From assembly GCA_020832005.1 (NCBI GenBank), contig JAFIFN010000004.1, positions 5,662-69,661 of the forward strand: a DNA stretch of 64,000 bases, in the 5' to 3' direction. This document shows positions 26,751 through 36,389 of this stretch, one piece after another. Each line of letters begins with the position of its first letter. Within the stretch, counting starts at the first letter, position 1. The notes under the pieces were generated by a model that ran no database searches, was not told where the DNA came from, and was given only the letters and a program-made list of their open reading frames with translations. The position numbers and the translations under genes are program-made. The DNA comes from Gammaproteobacteria bacterium. GTDB taxonomy: Bacteria; Pseudomonadota; Gammaproteobacteria; Steroidobacterales; PWYM01.

Positions 26751-28821
26751 CTGCACCCTCCTGAGGTGCTACGAACCATGCATGCCATTGCTCACCGGCC
26801 ACCGTCAGCACGCGCGCCCGGTCCTCGTCCAGCAGAAAGCCTGCATCGATCAGCGCATCGGCCGCCTCGCCGACCTGGCGCAGGAAATCGCCCCGGTCAG
26901 CATACAGCTCGCTGATGGCCGGACGGAGATCCTGTTCAGCGCGCAGCGCAGGCGTTGCCGCAAGCGGCAGCGTGGTACCGGAGAAATCGGCGATCTCGCC
27001 AGGATTCGCCAGACCATGGCGAAGACTCCAGGGCAGGTGAGTCGCCAGCGGCACGCGAAGTTCGACATTGCGGACGCCGCAGCACTCGTTGCCCAGCGCA
27101 TCGAGCTGCGGCACACGACTGGCGAACGCCAGCCCAACATGCGGCGGCTCGTGGTCGATGATGCCGTGGTCTTGAAAGCGCGGCCCATAGTCCATGCGCC
27201 GCGCAACATGCGTCGCACGCGGGGCTACAAGCCCCGGGATCGCCGGCAGTCTGAGCTCGTCGACAGGCACGAGTCCGGCCGTATCGATGCGCGGCACCTG
27301 CGTGGCCGGCGGCGCCTCATCATCGCGCACCCAGAGCACAAGCCGATGGAGCAACGCACGCAGGTTAAGTCGCCAGTCGACAGCGTTGCCGCGCAGCATC
27401 ATGGGCTGATCATCGGCCAGAGACTCGACCGGGCTCAAGGACTCGAGTGGCTGGACCCAATGCTGTCCGCCGGCCATGTGGTAGAGACGTTCATCTATCG
27501 CCGGATCGACATCCTGCCCGCCCATCGGATCATGATGCAGCAGCGACGCGACGCGGCCGTAGTACTCGTAGCCCGCATTGACCTGCATCAGTCGCGCCCG
27601 CCCCGGGCCCTGCCCGTAGGCATCGAGCAGGCCTTCGCGACGCCCGGCCACCGGGTCCTCGACGGGCAGACTCGTGAACGGATACAGGTCGACCGGATGA
27701 TGGAAGGCCGAGTAGCGGTGACCGTCCAGAGAAGGCTGGGCGAAGCGGTGATTGAAGCTGCCGCGCCCGGCACCGGCCACGACCGCGAACATGCCATCGA
27801 ATACCGTGCGACCCTGGCCGTCGAGATTGAAGCCATCGTAGAGAAATTGTCGCAGCAGCCTGCCGCTCTGCGACACGCCCACGGCAATCGCGTGCTCGAC
27901 CTGCACCGCAGCCGACGGGTCGTGCCGCAGGTGGCTGACGAAATCCCGCAAGGCTGCAAGCCCGACCCCGGCCACAGGCGGATCCACTGCCTCCCACACC
28001 AGCTCGTAGATCCAGCCGGTCTCGAAGCCGCCATCCATCTCGATGGTATCGGGCTCAGCCGGGTCGGCCTCGCCGACAAACCGCCAGCGGGCGCGATCGA
28101 CCAGTTCCGCAGGCGCATCACGGCCGCTGCGACGCGTCAGCAGATGGCGCGCTGAATCCGGCTCATACACCCGATGGGCGCGCATGCCGCGATGGCCCAG
28201 CGGCAGACGCGCGCTGGGCCGGTCGACCACCCAGTCCATGCGCAGCCGGCCGCGAATCGGCGCTGCATCGGCCTGTGCCACGGGCGCGGTCAACGCCATG
28301 CGGCCCGGCTCGCGCGGCACGTCGAACTGCCAGCCCAGCCAGCCGAGCACCAGGCCCTGGCGCTGCAGAAAACCATCGCCGAATTCGGCTTCGAGCGTCT
28401 CGTGCGGTCCGCGTCCGGCGAGGTTGAAGCTGCCGATGACACCACGGCTGCCGCGATTGCTCACCTCCAGCAGCAGCACGGGTGACGGTGGCAGCACCTC
28501 TGGAATCTGCAGCACGAAGTCGGCATCGAAGTGCACCCGGCCGTCGTCGTCCACGGGAGCATAAGCCAGATCGACGATCGCGGCATTCGCAGGATCGGCG
28601 GGATCGAGCGCGAATCGCGCCACGCCCTGGACCTCGACCACGTTGCCCCAGGGCAGCTCGAGCCGGCGTTCCTGCGCCACATCGAGCGCAACAATCCCAG
28701 CCTGCGCCACACCGCCGGACAGCAGCAGGGACGCAAGCACGACGCCGACGAAGCGGCGCGCGGGCACCAAGGCAGCAGTCAGGTGAACGAGGGACATCCC
28801 CGGCATGATACCGGCTTGCAC
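26737..28821 (-). CDS. secreted alpha/beta-hydrolase-domain protein (Abhydrolase_10-like)
   Basis: About 690 aa. Signal peptide MSLVHLTAALVPARRFVGVVLASLLLSGGVAQA and a GxSxG-type elbow AVGVSQSGR. The overall layout recalls the large bacterial alpha/beta hydrolase domain family. The start is GTG 28821 or ATG 28806/28797. Confidence 0.65.
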   Translation of the reverse strand: MQAGIMPGMSLVHLTAALVPARRFVGVVLASLLLSGGVAQAGIVALDVAQERRLELPWGNVVEVQGVARFALDPADPANAAIVDLAYAPVDDDGRVHFDADFVLQIPEVLPPSPVLLLEVSNRGSRGVIGSFNLAGRGPHETLEAEFGDGFLQRQGLVLGWLGWQFDVPREPGRMALTAPVAQADAAPIRGRLRMDWVVDRPSARLPLGHRGMRAHRVYEPDSARHLLTRRSGRDAPAELVDRARWRFVGEADPAEPDTIEMDGGFETGWIYELVWEAVDPPVAGVGLAALRDFVSHLRHDPSAAVQVEHAIAVGVSQSGRLLRQFLYDGFNLDGQGRTVFDGMFAVVAGAGRGSFNHRFAQPSLDGHRYSAFHHPVDLYPFTSLPVEDPVAGRREGLLDAYGQGPGRARLMQVNAGYEYYGRVASLLHHDPMGGQDVDPAIDERLYHMAGGQHWVQPLESLSPVESLADDQPMMLRGNAVDWRLNLRALLHRLVLWVRDDEAPPATQVPRIDTAGLVPVDELRLPAIPGLVAPRATHVARRMDYGPRFQDHGIIDHEPPHVGLAFASRVPQLDALGNECCGVRNVELRVPLATHLPWSLRHGLANPGEIADFSGTTLPLAATPALRAEQDLRPAISELYADRGDFLRQVGEAADALIDAGFLLDEDRARVLTVAGEQWHAWFVAPQEGADGNE

Positions 28822-28829
28822 AAGGGTTG

Positions 28830-29963
28830 TTAGTCTTCGAAATCGCGACGCGCGGCACTGAGCTCGGGATCGTCGTGGGCCACGATGTTCTCGACCCGCC
28901 GCGCGGCAGCAAGGTATTGCTGCGCATCCGTGCTGTTACGCAGGCTGGGCAGTGCAATGCCACGACCCTCACGCATCAGCACCGCTGCGCGTTGAAAGTC
29001 CACGGTGCCCAGCGCCTGACCCGCGGCGGCGACCGCCTGCTCGATGGTCTCGACAAGCAGTTTTTCCGGATCGCGGTCGTCTTCTTCGAGAAACTCGTGC
29101 GCATCCACATACAGCTGGCTGCCATGCCAGGCCGCCAGCACGGGCTCATTGATCAGCCGCACCGGCGTGCCGCGCGCGATGCGCGGAAACAGCGCCTCGA
29201 TGTCTTCGGGGAACATGCGCACGCAGCCGGCACTCACACGCATGCCCACGCCCGGCGGCTTGTTGGTGCCGTGGATCAGGTAGCTGGGCAGTCCCAGCCG
29301 GAAGACGTGCCGACCGAGCGGGTTGTCGGGTCCTGGCGGCACGATGCTCGGCAAGGGATCACCCATCTCGGCATGCTCGCGGCGCACCGACGCGGGCGGA
29401 TACCAGGTCGGGTCGGTGGCCTTGTCGATGACCGTGCTCTGCCCCGTGGGCGTGGCCCGGCCGATGCGACCAATACCGATGGGGTGGGTATAGACCACCT
29501 GGCTGCCATCCTCGGCCGGCGGCTCGAAGTAGTACAGGCGCATCTGCGCGTTGTTGACGATGATGCCTTCACGCTCGACAGCCGGCAGGATGAAGCGCGT
29601 GGGTAGCACGATCTCCGCACCTTCACCGGGCAGCCAGGGATCGATGCCGGGGTTGGCGGCAACGAGTTCCTCGAAACCAAGGTTATAGGCCCGGGCGATA
29701 TCGACGAAGGTGTCTTCACTTCGGGTGCGCAGCATCTGCAGCTCGCCCACGATGCGCTGTTCGGGATCATCGAGTACGAATCGCGAGGTCACCAGCGGCG
29801 GCTGTTCCACATACACGATCGGCTTGGCCGTCTCCGTGAGCGGCTCGGCTGGTCGATCACCGGAGCGATCGCCAAGCCCGGCGCAGGCACCGAGCATCAG
29901 CGCTGCAGTGAGCAGGCTTGCGCGCCGGATCGGCAGGATATGCGACGAGGGGACAGTCAACAT
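28830..29963 (-). CDS. L,D-transpeptidase (YkuD) lipoprotein with LysM domain
   Basis: 377 aa with lipobox LMLGAC, a LysM-like DIARAYNLGFEELVAANPGI and the YkuD catalytic motif HGTNKPPGVGMRVSAGCVRM. Confidence 0.88.
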   Translation of the reverse strand: MLTVPSSHILPIRRASLLTAALMLGACAGLGDRSGDRPAEPLTETAKPIVYVEQPPLVTSRFVLDDPEQRIVGELQMLRTRSEDTFVDIARAYNLGFEELVAANPGIDPWLPGEGAEIVLPTRFILPAVEREGIIVNNAQMRLYYFEPPAEDGSQVVYTHPIGIGRIGRATPTGQSTVIDKATDPTWYPPASVRREHAEMGDPLPSIVPPGPDNPLGRHVFRLGLPSYLIHGTNKPPGVGMRVSAGCVRMFPEDIEALFPRIARGTPVRLINEPVLAAWHGSQLYVDAHEFLEEDDRDPEKLLVETIEQAVAAAGQALGTVDFQRAAVLMREGRGIALPSLRNSTDAQQYLAAARRVENIVAHDDPELSAARRDFED

Positions 29964-29990
29964 GGCGCGAAGTATAGCAGCATCAGGTGC

Positions 29991-30650
29991 TTACAATGCT
30001 ACGACGGCATCTGCACCGACTGCCCAGAGTCGCTCACCGGCTGCGGCACGCACATTGTAGCCGCCCGTGAGACTGCCGAAAGCCGGCAGCACCAGGCAGC
30101 CCGCACGCTGCCAGAAAACGGGCATGCGCAAGCGATCACCGCGCCTGCCCGCAAGTCTTGTGGCGGGATGCACATGCCCGGCCAGCACGAAGCAGTCAGA
30201 GCCGGCCGCCGGCTCGTGACGAAATTCAAGCCCTTGTTCGCGCAGACCTTCGTCGCACCACTCGACCAGCGCGGCGCTGCGGCTGCGCAGCGAAGGACGA
30301 TCGTGGTTGCCGGCGATCGCGAGCAGTCGCACATCGTCACGCGCTGCACGCCAGCGCGCGAGTGCGTCGAGCAGGCTGGCATCGAGTCCTGCCGGTCCGT
30401 GGAACAGGTCGCCAAGCACCAGCACGCGCGTGCATTCATACGCAGTCACAAGCTTGCCGAGTCGTGCCAGGTCATGCTCACTGGGCCCACGTGGCACGGC
30501 CACGCCGTGATCGGCGAACACGCCCTCCTTGCCCAGGTGCACGTCGGCGACGATGAGCATGCGCGCAGCCGGCCAGATCACCGCGCGCTCGGCATGCAGC
30601 AGCAGTCGCTCACCCCCCAGCTCGACCTCGCAGGCAGCGCGCTCAGGCAT
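29991..30650 (-). CDS. pdeM: ligase-associated DNA damage response endonuclease PdeM (metallophosphoesterase)
   Basis: 219 aa from ATG 30650, overlapping the helicase stop by 8 nt. Carries LIVADVHLGK, GDLFH and AGNHD. Confidence 0.8.
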   Translation of the reverse strand: MPERAACEVELGGERLLLHAERAVIWPAARMLIVADVHLGKEGVFADHGVAVPRGPSEHDLARLGKLVTAYECTRVLVLGDLFHGPAGLDASLLDALARWRAARDDVRLLAIAGNHDRPSLRSRSAALVEWCDEGLREQGLEFRHEPAAGSDCFVLAGHVHPATRLAGRRGDRLRMPVFWQRAGCLVLPAFGSLTGGYNVRAAAGERLWAVGADAVVAL

Positions 30651-33126
30651 GTGCCGCCTTCCGGGCCGTACCTGCATCACGCGCGATCGCATCGGCCTCG
30701 CGCTCCAGACGTTCGGCCATCCTGAGCACGCGCGTACGCCAGTCCTCCGAGGACATGACCTGGCTTTGCAGCCGCTCGGCCCATAGCGGAAAGGCCAGTG
30801 GCGTCAGTCGGGCCGGCTGCATGTGACAGAGCTTCGCGTCGCGCATCCGCGCAAGGGTGGTGGCCAGACGCTGATACTCGAGCTGGCTTTCGAGCACCTC
30901 GCGGCGCGCCTGTTCGAGCAGCAGGTTGTCGCCGTCGTAACGCACGAGTACATCGAACATCAGTCCGCTGGAGGCCTGAATCTGGCGCGTGGTCTTCTGC
31001 GCGCCCGGGTAGCCCTGGAACACCAGACCACTGATGCGCGCGATGTCGCGGAACTGCCGGCGCGCAATCTCGGAGGCATTGATGCATGCGAGCAGATCGG
31101 CCAGCAGCGTATCGGCGTCGAGCAGCCCCTCGAGGCGGTCGGGCAGTCTGATCGGCGTAGGGCTGAGCAGCTCAAACCCGTAGTCATTGACCGACAACGT
31201 GAAGGTTGCCGGTGCATTTTGCATCAGCCGCCAGGCCAAAAGCGTGGCGAGTCCTTCGTGCACCAATCGACCGGCGAACGGATAGATGAACAGGTGGTGA
31301 CCCTCACGCGTCTCGATGGATTCAAGCAGCAGCTCACCGGTTGCAGGCAGGCGTGACCATCGCACCTGCAGGTCCAGCATCGGGGCAAGCACGGCCAGCT
31401 CCGGTTCATGTGCACGGCCCGCTGCGACATCGCCGAGCAGCGCCAGCACGCTGTCGCCCAGCGCCGTGGACAGCGGCATGCGCCCACCCTGCCAGCGCGG
31501 CACGATGCGCGTGCGCCCGCGCGCGGCACGCACATAGGCGACCATGTCACGCACGCGTGCAAGCTCGACGATGCGCCCCGTGAACAGAAAGCGATCACCC
31601 GGCGACAGGCGCGAGATGAAGCTTTCCTCGATCGTGCCGAGCCGACCGCCGCGCAGCCATCGCACCTGCATCATGGGATCAGAGGCGATGGTGCCGATGC
31701 CCATGCGGTGGAAGCGCGCGATGCGCGTATCCTCGACGCGCGCCACACCATCGTCGCCCATGCGCACCTTGTGGAACTGCGGATAGGCTTTCAGCGCGGC
31801 GCCGCCGTGCATGACGAAATCCATGATCCACTGCCACTGCGTGCGCTCGAGAGAAGCGAAGGCATGCGTGCGCCGCACTTCATCGAACAGCACATCCGGC
31901 ACGAAACCATCACCGGTGGCCAGCGTGACGACATGCTGGATCAGTACATCGAGTGACAGGGTCAGCGGGCGCCGCGCCTCGATATTGCCGGCGGCCGCGG
32001 CGCGCCTGGCCGCGGCGATCTCGACCAGTTCGAAGGCATGCGTGGGCACACACAGCACCCGACTGACGCCGCCAGGACGATGGCCACTGCGCCCGGCGCG
32101 CTGCAGCAGCCGCGCAACGCCCTTGGGACTGCCGACCTGCAACACCTGCTCGACCGGATGGAAGTCCACCCCCAGATCCAGCGACGAGGTACATACGACG
32201 CAGCGCAGCTCACCGGCCTGCAGCCGTGCCTCGATGGACTCGCGCAGCGCGCGATCCAGCGAGCCGTGGTGCAAGGCGACGCAGTCGGCCCAGTCCGGCC
32301 GCGCGGCGACGATTGCCGCGTGCCACAGCTCGGCCTGCGAGCGCGTGTTGGTGAACATCAGCGTGGCCCGCGCGCCCTCGAGTGCCTCGATCACGGGCGC
32401 GAGTTGCGCATCGCCGAGATGGCCGGCCCAGGGAAAGCGTGCAGGATCGTCTGGCAGCAGCGCATCGATGACGACCGGTCGCGGCACCTGTCCCTCGATG
32501 AGCTCACCATCGACACCCGGACCCAGCAGCACATCGCGCGCCTGCTCGAGGTTGCCGAGCGTGGCTGACAGGCCCCAGCAACGAAGCCCCGCTGCCTGGG
32601 CACGCAGCCGCGCAAGACACAGTTCGAGTTGCACGCCGCGCTTGCCCCCGATCAGTTCATGCCACTCATCGACGATGACCGTGTGCACGCTGGCGAAGCG
32701 TTCGGCGGCGCCGCGCGTGGCGAGCATCACCGACAGGCTCTCGGGTGTCGTCACCAGCGCCATCGGCGGCGAACGCCACTGGCGCGCACGCACCGTCTGC
32801 GCGGTGTCACCGCTGCGAAGCTCGACGCGCCAGTCCAGGCCCAGCCCGCGCAGTGCCGCCTGCAGGTTGCGTTGTGTGTCGGCGGCCAGCGCGCGCAGCG
32901 GCGTAATCCACAGCACACGCAAGCCCGGTGGCAGACCATCGGGATGCGCGGCGGTGAGTGCCTGGACCGGACCCAGCCATGCGGCCAGGGTCTTGCCGCT
33001 GCCGGTGGGCGCGTGGATCAGGCCCGAGCGCCCGGCCAGCGAGGCCCGCCATGCCGTGCGCTGGAAAGGCAGGACTTCACGGCCTTCACTGGCGAACCAG
33101 CGCTCAATGGCGGCGGCGGTATTCAC
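30643..33126 (-). CDS. ligase-associated DNA damage response DEXH-box helicase (Lhr-like)
   Basis: 827 aa with PTGSGKT and VIVDEWHEL (DEWH), a helicase C-terminal domain and an Lhr-type C-terminal extension. Confidence 0.9.
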   Translation of the reverse strand: MNTAAAIERWFASEGREVLPFQRTAWRASLAGRSGLIHAPTGSGKTLAAWLGPVQALTAAHPDGLPPGLRVLWITPLRALAADTQRNLQAALRGLGLDWRVELRSGDTAQTVRARQWRSPPMALVTTPESLSVMLATRGAAERFASVHTVIVDEWHELIGGKRGVQLELCLARLRAQAAGLRCWGLSATLGNLEQARDVLLGPGVDGELIEGQVPRPVVIDALLPDDPARFPWAGHLGDAQLAPVIEALEGARATLMFTNTRSQAELWHAAIVAARPDWADCVALHHGSLDRALRESIEARLQAGELRCVVCTSSLDLGVDFHPVEQVLQVGSPKGVARLLQRAGRSGHRPGGVSRVLCVPTHAFELVEIAAARRAAAAGNIEARRPLTLSLDVLIQHVVTLATGDGFVPDVLFDEVRRTHAFASLERTQWQWIMDFVMHGGAALKAYPQFHKVRMGDDGVARVEDTRIARFHRMGIGTIASDPMMQVRWLRGGRLGTIEESFISRLSPGDRFLFTGRIVELARVRDMVAYVRAARGRTRIVPRWQGGRMPLSTALGDSVLALLGDVAAGRAHEPELAVLAPMLDLQVRWSRLPATGELLLESIETREGHHLFIYPFAGRLVHEGLATLLAWRLMQNAPATFTLSVNDYGFELLSPTPIRLPDRLEGLLDADTLLADLLACINASEIARRQFRDIARISGLVFQGYPGAQKTTRQIQASSGLMFDVLVRYDGDNLLLEQARREVLESQLEYQRLATTLARMRDAKLCHMQPARLTPLAFPLWAERLQSQVMSSEDWRTRVLRMAERLEREADAIARDAGTARKAAHA

Positions 33127-33203
33127 GGTGCGGACAGCCCTGTCCCTGTTCGAAATTCCCTGTGGTCAGTCTAACCTGATCAGTGCCGCGTCGACCGCGC
33201 TCA

Positions 33204-33887
33204 TCAGGCATTGCGCAGTTCGGTCAGCCGGGCGACGTGCGTGATGCGCTGACCGTCGTAGTAGTACTCGAAATGCCCGCCCTGTCGGACCGTCCGGCAC
33301 GCCTTCGGCTTGAAGGCGGCCAGGCACTGACCGCCCGGGTGGCGGACGCTGTCATAGAGCACGCCCCAGGCGCCGCGTTCGCGCTGATCGCGCCCCCAGA
33401 CCTGGCTGGCGCGGTAGTCGTCTGCGTCATATAGCTCGGGATGACTGGTCTGCAGCCCACGCAAGTCCAGCCAGTCGGCGTCGACCGCGCCAACGTAAGC
33501 ACGCATGTGCAGGCGCTGCGGACCCGTGTCCTGCAGCCGCAGGAAGCGCTCGCGGTGGTAGCGGGTTTCACTGATGGCGGTCGCCTGGTCGGCCGCGGCG
33601 TAGTAGACGCCGTATTCGCCGGCCGAGAAGCGCGAACCCGCGCGATTCGGATGCGTGAACGCCGCCATGATCACCGAGCTGCCGGGTCCGCTGATGCGAT
33701 CGTCGGCAGGCACCAGGGCCAGTTCGCCGACCTGGTCAAGCAGCCGCGGATTGGTCAGGGCTTCAACCGCGTGTACGGCCTCAAGATCAGCCGGATCGGC
33801 GACCTCCTCGAACAGGTCGATCGGCGGGAAGTGACTCGGAATGATTCGTATCGCCCGGGACCAGCGCTCGCGGCGCGTCGGAATCAT
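33204..33887 (-). CDS. RES-domain toxin (NAD+-targeting family)
   Basis: 227 aa from ATG 33887, which shares one nt with the antitoxin stop (TGATG). The R-E-S triad contexts are GSRFS, AISETRYH and LYDSVRHPGG. Confidence 0.85.
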   Translation of the reverse strand: MIPTRRERWSRAIRIIPSHFPPIDLFEEVADPADLEAVHAVEALTNPRLLDQVGELALVPADDRISGPGSSVIMAAFTHPNRAGSRFSAGEYGVYYAAADQATAISETRYHRERFLRLQDTGPQRLHMRAYVGAVDADWLDLRGLQTSHPELYDADDYRASQVWGRDQRERGAWGVLYDSVRHPGGQCLAAFKPKACRTVRQGGHFEYYYDGQRITHVARLTELRNA

Positions 33888-34300
33888 CAGCCGCGCCAGC
33901 CATCCAGCCATTCACGCACGGCGTACAGGTCGCCCACCCGACCTGCAGCCATGCGTTCGATGGGCGCGCGGCCGCCGAACATCGGCGCGCTGTTGGGCAG
34001 ATGCGGCCATCGCTGATAGGCCTGCTGGTCGGGCAGCAACAGTCGCAGCGCCTTCCAGATACCCAGGATGTAGGAGACCCGCTCCAGCGTATCGCGCCCC
34101 ACGCGCGCCGGTGCCTGGCGCTTCCAGTCGTACCAGGAACGCTCGGAGATCCCCAGCATGGCGCACTGCTGCTCACGCGACAGCTGCCACTGGTCGAGGA
34201 TGTTCAACGCCGTGGCGATCGCACCGCTGACATCGTCAGGAACGCTCAGCGGAGTTGCCGGGGCGCTCGAACGCCGGGCTTGTGGGCTGGCTGATGGCAT
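33887..34300 (-). CDS. Xre/MbcA/ParS-type antitoxin (DUF2384 toxin-binding domain)
   Basis: 137 aa from the internal ATG 34300. Carries the HTH-like MLGISERSWYDWKRQ and a C-terminal GRAPIERMAAGRVGDLYAVREWLD typical of DUF2384. Confidence 0.8.
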   Translation of the reverse strand: MPSASPQARRSSAPATPLSVPDDVSGAIATALNILDQWQLSREQQCAMLGISERSWYDWKRQAPARVGRDTLERVSYILGIWKALRLLLPDQQAYQRWPHLPNSAPMFGGRAPIERMAAGRVGDLYAVREWLDGWRG

Positions 34301-34367
34301 GGCTGCACCGTCCCTCGGGCGGTCGAACCTGACAGGGTGATTCGGAAGTTCGCCGTCCTCATCAGCC

Positions 34368-34396
34368 AGAATACTGCAGCACTGCAGTATTCTCAA
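34368..34396 (-). promoter_or_regulatory. sigma70-like promoter TTGAGA-17-TATTCT with embedded perfect palindrome AATACTGCAG-nn-CTGCAGTATT
   Basis: Read on the minus strand, -35 is at 34396-34391 and -10 at 34373-34368. The 22-bp inverted repeat (34370-34391) fills the spacer and overlaps both hexamers. It lies about 70 nt upstream of the antitoxin ATG. Confidence 0.5.
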
Positions 34397-34467
34397 GTTT
34401 TCCTGCAACTCCGCAGTGCCGCCCATACCAAGCGCACTGGCCTGCTCACCGGACTTTATCGCCGTTC

Positions 34468-34860
34468 TTACCTGGGACGATGGATTGCGCAGAGCTTGTG
34501 GCCGTCAGGATCACGCACATAGGCCAGATGCATCGACCCCAGGTTGTTGTGGCGTACACCCGGTGGGTCCTCGATAGATGTTCCGCCGTTCGCAACCGCG
34601 GTGTCGTGGAACTCTTTGACTTGCTCCGGCGAGCTGCACTTGAAGGCGATCGTGCCGCCATTCGCAAAGGTCGCCTGTTCGCCGTCGATCGGCTCTGTCA
34701 CGCAGAAGGTACTGCCGTCGTGACGATAAAACAGCCGGGTGTGGCCGGTCGCAGCCACATTGCGCACTGGCTCTCCCGCCCCCAGGGTTGCGAGCACAGC
34801 ATCATAGAAAAGTTTTGAGCGCTCGATGTCGTTCGAGCCGATCATTATGTGGTTGAACAT
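34468..34860 (-). CDS. VOC (glyoxalase/bleomycin-resistance/dioxygenase) family protein
   Basis: 130 aa from the internal ATG 34860, with AAGGAG upstream. MFNHIMIGSNDIERSKLFYDAVL and YVRDPDGHKL are typical VOC beta-alpha-beta-beta-beta module signatures. Confidence 0.8.
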   Translation of the reverse strand: MFNHIMIGSNDIERSKLFYDAVLATLGAGEPVRNVAATGHTRLFYRHDGSTFCVTEPIDGEQATFANGGTIAFKCSSPEQVKEFHDTAVANGGTSIEDPPGVRHNNLGSMHLAYVRDPDGHKLCAIHRPR

Positions 34861-34975
34861 GCTTTTTCTCCTTTGCTGCCAACGTGGTGACGGGCTGCCC
34901 TGTTGGCGATCATTGCTTCGCATGGGTCTCCATGCCTGGCCCCTGCTGCATGATGCCTGACGATCAGGCGTTCGA

Positions 34976-36277
34976 TCACCTGCCAAGCAGGGCCTTCAGC
35001 GCGGTTTCCAGCGCCGGATCTCCGCCCGCCTCGTCGCGGTCGGCCGCAGGCAGGTGCATGTCCATGCGGTATTCCGCACGCGGCGTCCCATCGACGTGGA
35101 ACAGTGCCTCAATACCGAGGTCCAGCCGCAGGCCCGAGACAGGCAGGTCGACGTTCCAGAGCGCGCCGAGGAGCTTACCCATGTCTGAGCCGACGGTGAG
35201 TGCGCCGGCCGCAGCGTCGAGGCCGATGACCAGCCCCTCCCCCATGCTTCCCGTCCACCGCCCTCCGAGAACGGCTACCGGGCCGGGGTAGTGCGGCGAG
35301 CGCGGCAGCGCGTACTCGACGAAGCGGCGAGGGACACTCGTGGCCCGCGCGACGGCGGGAATCTCGTGGACCTGGTACGCCTGGGGCTCCGTGACAAAGT
35401 GGCCGATGACGGCGCGGGCAACGTCGGTGTTACCCCCGCCGGGTGTGTTGCGCAGGTCGAGGATGATCGCCTCGGTGTCTGCCAGCGCGCGGATGGCCTC
35501 ATCGAACGCGGCGATCGTGGCGTTGTCGCCCAGCGAATTGTGAAACCGCACAATGCCGACAGTCCGGCTGTCCTCATGGACGCGTCGGATCGAGAGTGGG
35601 GGCAAACTGCCAAGCGAACGGCCGAAGCGCGACGTGGGCGGGAGACGGACGGTGTGTTGCTGCCCGCCGGCGTCGAAGACGAGCTCGCGGGGGCCTGGGT
35701 CGCCCCGGAAGCCGGCCAGGGCGACGGTCGCGCCGAAGGCGAGCTGGCGGGGCGAGGGATCGGCAACGACCTCCCCGAACGGCTCGCGCGCCACCTCGGC
35801 TACCGGCCGAGCGTTGACGGTCAGCAGGATCCAGCCGGGCCGGACGCCAGCGCTGTCGGCGTCCGAGTCGCCTCGAACATCAAGCACCACGAATCTGTCG
35901 TCATCGTAGCCGATGGCGAGGTCGGATGCGGACGGGACAATGGCGTAGTCCGTCGAGTCGAGCGGCCCGACAATGAGGTGAGGATCGGCGAACGCCCGGA
36001 GTGTCTGGTAGACGACGGCTCGGAACGTGGCGGGGTTGTCAGTTGCACTACCCAGCGTCCGTGCCCGTGCAAAGAGCGCCTCGACGTCGAAATCCGGCCG
36101 GTCGAGATAGGCATACTTCGCGCGAAACTCGTCCTCGAACTCCTCCCACGCCGCGAGTGCGTCAAACGAGTCCGACGAGTTTGTATTGTCGTCTCCGACA
36201 GCCGCCTCTGGCCCGACGCTGCGGCAGGCCGCGAGGATGGCGAAGCTCACACAGAGGATCAGAAGTCGGACGGCCAA
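34976..36277 (-). CDS. S41-family peptidase, probable lipoprotein
   Basis: Carries the S41 block IILDLRNTPGGGNTDVA. TTG 36277 gives a clean lipoprotein signal, MAVRLLILCVSFAILAAC. GTG 36397 is a longer alternative. The track start at 36700 overlaps the ligase gene and is rejected. Confidence 0.7.
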   Translation of the reverse strand: MAVRLLILCVSFAILAACRSVGPEAAVGDDNTNSSDSFDALAAWEEFEDEFRAKYAYLDRPDFDVEALFARARTLGSATDNPATFRAVVYQTLRAFADPHLIVGPLDSTDYAIVPSASDLAIGYDDDRFVVLDVRGDSDADSAGVRPGWILLTVNARPVAEVAREPFGEVVADPSPRQLAFGATVALAGFRGDPGPRELVFDAGGQQHTVRLPPTSRFGRSLGSLPPLSIRRVHEDSRTVGIVRFHNSLGDNATIAAFDEAIRALADTEAIILDLRNTPGGGNTDVARAVIGHFVTEPQAYQVHEIPAVARATSVPRRFVEYALPRSPHYPGPVAVLGGRWTGSMGEGLVIGLDAAAGALTVGSDMGKLLGALWNVDLPVSGLRLDLGIEALFHVDGTPRAEYRMDMHLPAADRDEAGGDPALETALKALLGR

Positions 36278-36389
36278 CGGGCATCGGGATGCAGCACAAC
36301 GCCTTGGATAGGCTGCGATCGGCACGGCCACCTCGGCAAGATTCTGCGGAAACTCCGCGGAGACGTTTATGGAATCATTCTCAATTTGA

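Noticed and set aside
26317-28155. 612-aa plus-strand ORF. Similar long ORFs occur at 31811-33244 (+), 35291-36847 (+), 37982-39346 (+), 56618-58234 (+), 50169-51542 (+), 54069-55226 (+), 9732-11276 (-), 39929-41257 (-), 41381-42430 (-), 44108-45103 (-), 8128-9081 (-) and 1636-2844 (+).
   Set aside because: Each lies antisense to, or out of frame with, a gene that has clear family motifs. The products are Arg/Pro/Ala/Gly-biased with no motifs. They are GC-driven open frames rather than genes.
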